64,000 bases of DNA from Lingula anatina (taxonomy: Eukaryota; Animalia; Brachiopoda): positions 11,430,567 to 11,494,566 of the forward strand of contig CM120644.1 of the NCBI GenBank assembly GCA_051362555.1. Direction: 5' to 3'. Position numbers and translations under genes: made by a program. Shown here piece after piece: positions 50,701 through 62,700 of this stretch. Position 1 is the stretch's first letter. Each line of letters begins with the position of its first letter. Under the pieces are notes generated by a model. The model had not been told where the DNA came from. It made no database searches and saw only the letters and a program-made list of their open reading frames with translations.

Positions 50701-53700
50701 ACAGTTGGTGCAACAGTGAGGCCATCGGCGGTAGTGACAGCATCAGTAACACTGACAGTTGGTGCAACAGTGAGGCCATCAGCAGTAGTGACAGCATCAG
50801 TAACACTGACAGTTGGTGCAACAGTGAGGCCATCGGCAGTAGTGACAGCATCAGTAACACTGACAGTTGGTGCAACAGTGAGGCCATCGGCAGTAGTGAC
50901 AGCATCAGTAACACTGACAGTTGGTGCAACAGTGAGGCCATCGGCAGTAGTGACAGCATCAGTAACACTGACAGTTGGTGCAACAGTGAGGCCATCGGCA
51001 GTAGTGACAGCATCAGTAACACTGACAGTTAGTGCAACAGTGAGGCCATCGGCGGTAGTGACAGCATCGGTAACATTAACAGTTGGTGCAACAGTGAGGC
51101 CATCGGCAGTAGTGACAGCATCAGTAACACTGACAGTTGGTGCAACAGTGAGGCCATCGGCAGTAGTGACAGCATCAGTAACACTGACAGTTGGTGCAAC
51201 AGTGAGGCCATCGGCAGAAGTGACAGCATCAGTAACACTGACAGTTGGTGCAACAGTGAGGCCATCGGCGGTAGTGACAGCATCAGTAACACTGACAGTT
51301 GGTGCAACAGTGAGGCCATCAGCGTTAGTGACAGCATCGGTAACACTGACAGTTGGTGCAACAGTGAGGCCATCGGCGGTAGTTACAGCATCGGTTACAT
51401 TAACAGTTGGTGCAACAGTGAGGCCATCAGCAGTAGTGACAGCATCAGTAACACTGACAGTTGGTGCAACAGTGAGGCCATCGGCAGTAGTGACAGCATC
51501 AGTAACACTGACAGTTGGTGCAACAGTGAGGCCATCGGCAGTAGTGACAGTATCGGTAACATTAACAGTTGGTGCAACAGTGAGGCCATCGGCGGTAGTG
51601 ACAGCATCAGTAACACTGACAGTTGTTGCAATAGTGAGGCCATCAGCAGTAGTGACAGCATCGGTAACACTGACAGTTGGTGCAACAGTGAGGCCATCGG
51701 CGGTAGTGGCAGCATCAGTAACACTGACAGTTGGTGCAACAGTGAGGCCATCAGTGGTAGTGACAGCATCGGTAACACTGACAGTTGGTGCAACAGTGAG
51801 GCCATCGGCAGTAGTAACTACATCAGTAACACTGACAGTTGGTGCAATAGTGAGGTCATCGGCAGTAGTGACAGCATCGGTAACATTAACAGTTGGTACA
51901 ACAGTGAGACCATCGGCAGTAGTGACAGCATCAGTAACACTGACAGTTGGTGCAACAGTGAGGCCATCGGCAGTAGTGACAGCATCGGTAACACTGACAG
52001 TTGGTGCAACAGTGAGACCATCGGCAGTAGTGACAGCATCGGTAACACTGACAGTTGGTGCAACGGTGAGGCCATCGGCAGTAGTGACAGCATCAGTAAC
52101 ACTGACAGTTGGTGCAACAGTGAGGCCATCGGCAGTAGTGACAGCATCGGTAACATTAACAGTTGGTGCAACAGTGAGGCCATCGGCGGTAGTGACAGCA
52201 TCGGTAACACTGACAGTTGGTGCAACAGTGAGGCCATCGGCAGTAGTGACAGCATCGGTAACACTGACAGTTGGTGCAACGGTGAGGCCAGCGGCAGTAG
52301 TGACAGCATCAGTAACACTGACAGTTGGTGCAACAGTGAGGCCATCGGCAGTAGTGACAGCATGAGTAACATTAACAGTTGGTGCAACAGTGAGGCCATC
52401 GGCAGTAGTGACAGCGTCAGTAACACTGACAGTTGGTGCAACAGTGAGGCCATCGGCGGTAGTGACAGCATCAGTAACACTGACAGTTGGTGCAACAGTG
52501 AGGCCATCGGCAGAAGTGACAGCATCGGTAACATTAACAGTTGGTGCAACAGTGAGGCCATCGGCGGTAGTGACAGCATCGGTAACACTGACAGTTGGTG
52601 CAACAGTGAGGCCATCGGCAGTAGTGACAGCATCGGTAACACTGACAGTTGGTGCAACGGTGAGGCCATCGGCAGTAGTGACAGCATCGGTAACACTGAC
52701 AGTTGGTGCAACGGTGAGGCCATCGGCAGTAGTGACAGCAACAGTAACACTGACAGTTGGTGCAACAGTAAGGCCATCGCCAGTAGTGACAGCGTCAGTA
52801 ACACTGACAGTTGGTACAACAGTGAGGCCATCTGCAGTAGTGACAGCATCAGTAACACTGACAGTTGGTGCAACAGTGAGGCCATCGGCAGTAGAGACAG
52901 CATCAGTAGCGCTGACCGTTGGTGCAACAGTGAGGCCATCGGCAGTAGTGACAGCATCAGTAACACTGACAGTTGGTGCAATAGTAAGGCCATCGGCAGT
53001 AGTGACAGCATCAGTAACACTGACAGTTGGTGCAACAGTGAGGCCATCAGCAGTAGTGACAGCATCAGTAACACTGACAGTTGGTGCAACAGTGAGGCCA
53101 TCGGCAGTAGTGACAGCATCGGTAACACTGACAGTTGGTGCAACAGTAAGGCCATCGGCGGTAGTGACAGCATCGGTAACATTAACAGTTGGTGCAACAG
53201 TGAGGCCATCGGCAGTTGTGACAGCATCAGTAACGCTGACAGTTGGTGCAACAGTGAGGCCATCGGCAGTAGTGACAGCATCAGTAACATTAACAGTTGG
53301 TGCAACAGTGAGGCCATCGGCAGTAGTGACAGCATCAGTAACACTGACAGTTGGTGCAACAGTGAGGCCATCGGCAGTAGTGACAGCATCAGTAACATTA
53401 ACAGTTGGTGCAACAGTGAGGCCATCAGCAGTAGTGACAGCATCGGTAACACTGACAGTTGGTGCAACAGTGAGGCCATCGGCAGTAGTGACAGCATCAG
53501 TAACGCTGACAGTTGGTGCAACAGTGAGGCCATCGGCGGTAGTGACAGCATCAGTAACATTAACAGTTGGTGCAACAGTGAGGCCATCAGCAGTAGTGAC
53601 AGCATCGGTAACACTGACAGTTGGTGCAACAGTGAGGCCATCGGCAGTAGTGACAGCATCGGTAACACTGACAGTTGGTGCAACAGTGAGGCCATCGGCA

Positions 53701-56700
53701 GTAGTGACAGCATCAGTAACGCTGACCGTTGGTGCAACAGTGAGGCCATCAGCAGTAGTGACAGCATCAGTAACACTGACAGTTGGTGCAACAGTGAGGC
53801 CATCGGCAGTAGTGACAGCATCGGTAACATTAACAGTTGGTGCAACAGTGAGGCCATCGGCAGTAGTGACAGCATCAGTAACACTGACAGTTGGTGCAAC
53901 AGTGAGGCCATCGGCGGTAGTGACTGCATCGGTAACGCTGACAGTTGGTGCAACAGTAAGGCCATCGGCGGTAGTAACTGCATCTGTAACACTGACAGTT
54001 GGTGCAACAGTAAGGCCATCGGCAGTAGTGACAGCATCAGTAACACTAACAGTTGGTGCAACAGTGAGGCCATCGGCAGTAGTGACAGCATCGGTAACAC
54101 TGACAGTTGGTGCAACAGTGAGGCCATCGGCAGTAGTGACAGCATCAGTAACACTGACAGTTGGTGCAACAGTAAGGCCATCGCCAGTAGTGACAGCGTC
54201 AGTAACACTGACAGTTGGTGCAACAGTGAGGCCATCGGCAGTAGTGACAGCATCAGTAACACTGACAGTTGGTGCAACAGTGAGGCCATCGGCAGTAGTG
54301 ACAGCATCAGTAACATTAACAGTTGGTGCAACAGTGAGGCCATCAGCAGTAGTGACAGCATCGGTAACACTGACAGTTGGTGCAACAGTGAGGCCATCGG
54401 CAGTAGTGACAGCATCGGTAACACTGACAGTTGGTGCAACAGTGAGGCCATCGGCAGTAGTGACAGCATCAGTAACGCTGACCGTTGGTGCAACAGTGAG
54501 GCCATCAGCAGTAGTGACAGCATCAGTAACACTGACAGTTGGTGCAACAGTGAGGCCATCGGCAGTAGTGACAGCATCGGTAACACTGACAGTTGGTGCA
54601 ACAGTAAGGCCATCGGCGGTAGTGACAGCATCGGTAACATTAACAGTTGGTGCAACAGTGAGGCCATCGGCAGTTGTGACAGCATCAGTAACGCTGACAG
54701 TTGGTGCAACAGTGAGGCCATCGGCAGTAGTGACAGCATCAGTAACATTAACAGTTGGTGCAACAGTGAGGCCATCGGCAGTAGTGACAGCATCAGTAAC
54801 ACTGACAGTTGGTGCAACAGTGAGGCCATCGGCAGTAGTGACAGCATCAGTAACATTAACAGTTGGTGCAACAGTGAGGCCATCAGCAGTAGTGACAGCA
54901 TCGGTAACACTGACAGTTGGTGCAACAGTGAGGCCATCGGCAGTAGTGACAGCATCAGTAACGCTGACAGTTGGTGCAACAGTGAGGCCATCGGCGGTAG
55001 TGACAGCATCAGTAACATTAACAGTTGGTGCAACAGTGAGGCCATCAGCAGTAGTGACAGCATCGGTAACACTGACAGTTGGTGCAACAGTGAGGCCATC
55101 GGCAGTAGTGACAGCATCGGTAACACTGACAGTTGGTGCAACAGTGAGGCCATCGGCAGTAGTGACAGCATCAGTAACGCTGACCGTTGGTGCAACAGTG
55201 AGGCCATCAGCAGTAGTGACAGCATCAGTAACACTGACAGTTGGTGCAACAGTGAGGCCATCGGCAGTAGTGACAGCATCGGTAACATTAACAGTTGGTG
55301 CAACAGTGAGGCCATCGGCAGTAGTGACAGCATCAGTAACACTGACAGTTGGTGCAACAGTGAGGCCATCGGCGGTAGTGACTGCATCGGTAACGCTGAC
55401 AGTTGGTGCAACAGTAAGGCCATCGGCGGTAGTAACTGCATCTGTAACACTGACAGTTGGTGCAACAGTAAGGCCATCGGCAGTAGTGACAGCATCAGTA
55501 ACACTAACAGTTGGTGCAACAGTGAGGCCATCGGCAGTAGTGACAGCATCGGTAACACTGACAGTTGGTGCAACAGTGAGGCCATCGGCAGTAGTGACAG
55601 CATCAGTAACACTGACAGTTGGTGCAACAGTAAGGCCATCGCCAGTAGTGACAGCGTCAGTAACACTGACAGTTGGTGCAACAGTGAGGCCATCGGCAGT
55701 AGTGACAGCATCAGTAACACTGACAGTTGGTGCAACAGTGAGGCCATCGGCAGTAGTGACAGCATCAGTAACATTAACAGTTGGTGCAACAGTGAGGCCA
55801 TCAGCAGTAGTGACAGCATCGGTAACACTGACAGTTGGTGCAACAGTGAGGCCATCGGCAGTAGTGACAGCATCGGTAACACTGACAGTTGGTGCAACAG
55901 TGAGGCCATCGGCAGTAGTGACAGCATCAGTAACGCTGACCGTTGGTGCAACAGTGAGGCCATCAGCAGTAGTGACAGCATCAGTAACACTGACAGTTGG
56001 TGCAACAGTGAGGCCATCGGCAGTAGTGACAGCATCGGTAACATTAACAGTTGGTGCAACAGTGAGGCCATCGGCAGTAGTGACAGCATCAGTAACACTG
56101 ACAGTTGGTGCAACAGTGAGGCCATCGGCAGTAGTGACAGCGTCAGTAACACTGACAGTTGGTGCAACAGTGAGGCCATCGGCAGTAGTGACAGCGTCAG
56201 TAACATTAACAGTTGGTGCAACAGTGAGGCCATCGGCAGTAGTGACAGCATCAGTAACACTGACAGTTGGTGCAACAGTGAGGCCATCGGCGGTAGTGAC
56301 TGCATCGGTAACGCTGACAGTTGGTGCAACAGTAAGGCCATCGGCGGTAGTAACTGCATCTGTAACACTGACAGTTGGTGCAACAGTAAGGCCATCGGCA
56401 GTAGTGACAGCATCAGTAACACTGACAGTTGGTGCAACAGTGAGGCCATCGGCAGTAGTGACAGCATCGGTAACACTGACATTTGGTGCAACAGTGAGAC
56501 CATCAGCAGTAGTGACAGCATCGGTAACATTAACAGTTGGTGCAACGGTGAGGCCATCGGCAGTAGTGACAGCATCGGTAACACTGACAGTTGGTGCAAC
56601 AGTGAGGCCATCGGCAGTAGTGACAGCATCGGTAACACTGACAGTTGGTGCAACAGTGAGGCCATCGGCAGTAGTGACAGCGTCAGTAACACTGACAGTT

Positions 56701-59700
56701 GGTGCAACAGTGAGGCCATCGGCAGTAGTGACAGCGTCAGTAACATTAACAGTTGGTGCAACAGTGAGGCCATCGGCAGTAGTGACAGCATCAGTAACAC
56801 TGACAGTTGGTGCAACAGTGAGGCCATCGGCGGTAGTGACTGCATCGGTAACGCTGACAGTTGGTGCAACAGTAAGGCCATCGGCGGTAGTAACTGCATC
56901 TGTAACACTGACAGTTGGTGCAACAGTAAGGCCATCGGCAGTAGTGACAGCATCAGTAACACTGACAGTTGGTGCAACAGTGAGGCCATCGGCAGTAGTG
57001 ACAGCATCGGTAACATTAACAGTTGGTGCAACAGTGAGGCCATCGGCAGTAGTGACAGCATCAGTAACACTGACAGTTGGTGCAACAGTAAGGCCATCGG
57101 CGGTAGTAACTGCATCTGTAACACTGACAGTTGGTGCAACAGTGAGGCCATCGGCAGTAGTGACAGCATCGGTAACACTGACAGTTGGTGCAACAGTGAG
57201 GCCATCGGCAGTAGTGACAGCGTCAGTAACACTGACAGTTGGTGCAACAGTGAGGCCATCGGCAGTAGTGACAGCGTCAGTAACATTAACAGTTGGTGCA
57301 ACAGTGAGGCCATCGGCAGTAGTGACAGCATCAGTAACACTGACAGTTGGTGCAACAGTGAGGCCATCGGCAGTAGTGACTGCATCGGTAACACTGACTG
57401 TTGGAGCAACAGTGAAGCCATCGGCAGTAGTGACAGCATCAGTAACACTGACAGTTGGTGCAACAGTGAGGCCATCGGCAGTAGTGACAGCATCAGTAAC
57501 ACTGACAGTTGGTGCAACAGTGAGGCCATCGGCGGTAGTGACAGCATCGGTAACACTGACAGTTGGTGCAACAGTGAGGCCATCGGCAGTAGTGACAGCG
57601 TCAGTAACACTGACAGTTGGTGCAACAGTGAGGCCGTCGGCGGTAGTGACAGCATCAGTAACACTGACAGTTGGTGCAACAGTGAGGCCATCGGCAGAAG
57701 TGACAGCATCGGTAACATTAACAGTTGGTGCAACAGTGAGGCCATCGGCGGTAGTGACAGCATCGGTAACACTGACAGTTGGTGCAACAGTGAGGCCATC
57801 GGCAGTAGTGACAGCATCGGTAACACTGACAGTTGGTGCAACGGTGAGGCCATCGACAGTAGTGACAGCATCAGTAACACTGACAGTTGGTGCAATAGTA
57901 AGGCCATCGGCAGTAGTGACAGCATCAGTAACACTGACAGTTGGTGCAACAGTGAGGCCATCTGCAGTAGTGACAGCATCAGTAACACTGACAGTTGGTG
58001 CAACAGTGAGGCCATCGGCAGTAGTGACAGCATCGGTAACACTGACAGTTGGTGCAACAGTAAGGCCATCGGCGGTAGTGACAGCATCGGTAACATTAAC
58101 AGTTGGTGCAACAGTGAGGCCATCGGCAGTTGTGACAGCATCAGTAACGCTGAGAGTTGGTGCAACAGTGAGGCCATCGGCAGTAGTGACAGCATCAGTA
58201 ACATTAACAGTTGGTGCAACAGTGAGGCCATCGGCAGTAGTGACAGCATCAGTAACACTGACAGTTGGTGCAACAGTGAGGCCATCGGCAGTAGTGACAG
58301 CATCAGTAACATTAACAGTTGGTGCAACAGTGAGGCCATCAGCAGTAGTGACAGCATCGGTAACACTGACAGTTGGTGCAACAGTGAGGCCATCGGCAGT
58401 AGTGACAGCATCAGTAACGCTGACAGTTGGTGCAACAGTGAGGCCATCGGCGGTAGTGACAGCATCAGTAACATTAACAGTTGGTGCAACAGTGAGGCCA
58501 TCAGCAGTAGTGACAGCATCGGTAACACTGACAGTTGGTGCAACAGTGATGCCATCGGCAGTAGTGACAGCATCGGTAACACTGACAGTTGGTGCAACAG
58601 TGAGGCCATCGGCAGTAGTGACAGCATCAGTAACGCTGACCGTTGGTGCAACAGTGAGGCCATCAGCAGTAGTGACAGCATCAGTAACACTGACAGTTGG
58701 TGCAACAGTGAGGCCATCGGCAGTAGTGACAGCATCGGTAACATTAACAGTTGGTGCAACAGTGAGGCCATCGGCAGTAGTGACAGCATCAGTAACACTG
58801 ACAGTTGGTGCAACAGTGAGGCCATCGGCGGTAGTGACTGCATCGGTAACGCTGACAGTTGGTGCAACAGTAAGGCCATCGGCGGTAGTAACTGCATCTG
58901 TAACACTGACAGTTGGTGCAACAGTAAGGCCATCGGCAGTAGTGACAGCATCAGTAACACTGACAGTTGGTGCAACAGTGAGGCCATCGGCAGTAGTGAC
59001 AGCATCGGTAACACTGACAGTTGGTGCAACAGTGAGACCATCAGCAGTAGTGACAGCATCGGTAACATTAACAGTTGGTGCAACGGTGAGGCCATCGGCA
59101 GTAGTGACAGCATCGGTAACACTGACAGTTGGTGCAACAGTGAGGCCATCGGCAGTAGTGACAGCATCGGTAACACTGACAGTTGGTGCAACAGTGAGGC
59201 CATCAGCAGTAGTGACAGCGTCAGTAACACTGACAGTTGGTGCAACAGTGAGGCCATCGGCAGTAGTGACAGCATCGGTAACACTGACTGTTGGTGCAAC
59301 AGTGAGGCCATCGGCAGTAGTGACAGCATCGGTAACACTGACAGTTGGTGCAACAGTGAGGACATCAGCAGTAGTGACAGCATCGGTAACACTGACAGTT
59401 GGTGCAACAGTGAGGCCATCAGCGGTAGTGACAGCATCAGTAACATTAACAGGAGGTGCAACAGTGAGGCCATCGGCCGTAGTGACAGCATCGGTAACAT
59501 TGACAGTAGGTGCAACAGTGAGGCCATCGGCCGTAGTGACAGCATCGGTAACATTGACAGTAGGTGCAACAGTGAGGCCATCGGCGGTAGTGACAGCATC
59601 AGTAACACTGACAGTTGGTGCAACAGTGAGGCCATCGGCAGTAGTGACAGCATCAGTAACATTAACAGTTGGTGCCGCAGTGAAGCCATCGGCGGTAGTG

Positions 59701-62700
59701 ACAGCATCAGTAACATTAAAAGTTGGTGTCACAGTTAGGCCATCGGCGGTAGTGACAGCATCAGTAACACTGACAGTTGGTGCAACAGTGAGGCCATCCG
59801 CGGTAGTGACAGCATCAGTAACGCTGACAGTTGGTGCAACAGTGAGGCCATCGGCAGTAGTGACAGCATCAGTAACACTGACAGTTGGTGCAACAGTGAG
59901 GCCATCGGCAGTAGTGACAGTATCGGTAACACTGACTGTTGGTGCAACAGTGACGCCATCGGCAGTAGTGACAGCATCAGTAACACTGACAGTTGGTGCA
60001 ACAGTGATGCCATCGGCAGTAGTGACAGCATCGGTAACACTGACAGTTGGTGCAACAGTGAGGCCATCGGCAGTAGTGACAGCATCAGTAACACTGACAG
60101 TTGGTGCAACAGTAAGGCCATCGGCAGTAGTGACAGTATCAGTAACACTGACAGTTGGTGCAACAGTGAGGCCATCGGCAGTAGTGACAGCATCAGTAAC
60201 ATTAACAGTTGGTGCCGCAGTGAAGCCATCGGCGGTAGTGACAGCATCAGTAACATTAACAGTTGGTGTCACAGTTAGGTCTTCGGCGGTAGTGACAGCA
60301 TCAGTAACACTGACAGTTGGTGCAACAGTGAGGCCATCCGCGGTAGTGACAGCATCAGTAACGCTGATAGCTGGTGCAACAGTGAGGCCATCGGCAGTAG
60401 TGACAGCATCAGTAACACTGACAGTTGGTGCAATAGTGAGGCCATCGGCAGTAGTGACAGCATCAGTAACACTGACAGTTGGTGCAACAGTGAGGCCATC
60501 GGCAGTAGTGACAGCATCGGTAACACTGACAGTTGGTGCAACAGTAAGGCCATCGGCGGTAGTGACAGCATCGGTAACATTAACAGTTGGTGCAACAGTG
60601 AGGCCATCGGCAGTTGTGACAGCATCAGTAACGCTGACAGTTGGTGCAACAGTGAGGCCATCAGCAGTAGTGACAGCATCAGTAACACTGACAGTTGGTG
60701 CAACAGTGAGGCCATCGGCAGTAGTGACAGCATCAGTAACATTAACAGTTGGTGCAACAGTGAGGCCATCGGCAGTAGTGACAGCATCAGTAACACTGAC
60801 AGTTGGTGCAACAGTGAGGCCATCGGCAGTAGTGACAGCATCAGTAACATTAACAGTTGGTGCAACAGTGAGGCCATCAGCAGTAGTGACAGCATCGGTA
60901 ACACTGACAGTTGGTGCAACAGTGAGGCCATCGGCAGTAGTGACAGCATCAGTAACGCTGACAGTTGGTGCAACAGTGAGGCCATCGGCGCTAGTGACAG
61001 CATCAGTAACATTAACAGTTGGTGCAACAGTGAGGCCATCAGCAGTAGTAACAGCATCGGTAACACTGACAGTTGGTGCAACAGTGAGGCCATCGGCAGT
61101 AGTGACAGCATCAGTAACGCTGACCGTTGGTGCAACAGTGAGTCCATCAGCAGTAGTGACAGCATCAGTAACACTGACAGTTGGTGCAACAGTGAGGCCA
61201 TCGGCAGTAGTGACAGCATCGGTAACATTAACAGTTGGTGCAACAGTGAGGCCATCGGCAGTAGTGACAGCATCAGTAACACTGACAGTTGGTGCAACAG
61301 TGAGGCCATCGGCGGTAATGACTGCATCGGTAACGCTGACAGTTGGTGCAACAGTAAGGCCATCGGCGGTAGTAACTGCATCTGTAACACTGACAGTTGG
61401 TGCAACAGTAAGGCCATCGGCAGTAGTGACAGCATCAGTAACACTGACAGTTGGTGCAACAGTGAGGCCATCGGCAGTAGTGACAGCATCGGTAACACTG
61501 ACAGTTGGTGCAACAGTGAGACCATCAGCAGTAGTGACAGCATCGGTAACATTAACAGTTGGTGCAACAGTGAGGCCATCGGCAGTAGTGACAGCATCAG
61601 TAACATTAACTGTTGGTGCAACAGTGAGACCATCAGCAGTAGTGACAGCATCGGTAACATTAACAGTTGGTGCAACGGTGAGGCCATCGGCAGTAGTGAC
61701 AGCATCGGTAATATTAACAGTTGGTGCAACGGTGAGGCCATCGGCAGTAGTGACAGCATCTGTAACATTAACAGTTGGTGCAACAGTGAGGCCATCGGCG
61801 GTAGTGACAGCATCGGTAACACTGACAGTTGGTGCAACAGTGAGGCCATCGGCGGTAGTGACAGCATCGGTAACACTGACAGTTGGTGCAACAGTGAGGC
61901 CATCGGCGGTAGTGACAGCATCAGTAACAATGACAGTTGGTGCAACAGTGAGGCCATCGGCAGTAGTGACAGCATCGGTAACACTGACAGTTGGTGCAAC
62001 AGTGAGGCCATCGGCGGTAGTGACAGCATCGGTAACACTGACAGTTGGTGCAACAGTGAGGCCATCGGCGGTAGTGACAGCATCGGTAACACTGACAGTT
62101 GGTGCAACAGTGAGGCCATCGGCGGTAGTGACAGCATCGGTAACGCTGACAGTTGGTGCAACAGTGAGGCCATCGGCGGTAGTGACAGCATCGGTAACGC
62201 TGACAGTTGGTGCAACAGTGAGGCCATCGGCGGTAGTGACAGCATCGGTAACACTGACAGTTGGTGCAACAGTGAGACCATCGGCAGTAGTGACAGCATC
62301 AGTAACACTGACAGTTGGTGCAACAGTGAGGCCATCGGCGGTAGTGACTGCATCGGTAACACTGACAGTTGGTGCAACAGTGAGGCCATCGGCGGTAGTG
62401 ACAGCATCAGTAACACTGACAGTTGGTGCAACAGTGAGGCCATCGGCAGTAGTGACAGCATCAGTAACACTGACAGTTGGTGCAACAGTAAGGCCATCGG
62501 CAGTAGTGACAGCATCAGTAACATTGACAGTTGGTGCAACAGTGAGGCCATCGGCAGTAGTGACAGCATCAGTAACATTGACAGTTGGTGCAACAGTGAG
62601 GCCATCGGCAGTAGTGACAGCATCAGTAACACTGACAGTTGGTGCAGCAGTGAGGCCATCGGCAGTAGTGACAGCATCAGTAACGCTGACAGTTGGTGCA

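Noticed and set aside
45042-59738. Huge plus-strand ORFs (NSEAIGSSDSIGNTDSWC and VRPSAVVTASVTLTVGAT repeats) as real or overlapping antisense genes
   Set aside because: They are shadows of a stop-poor 54-bp unit. They are broken by stops; the SWC frame takes the common variants as amino-acid changes; only the minus TVAP frame is continuous and joins a unique tail.
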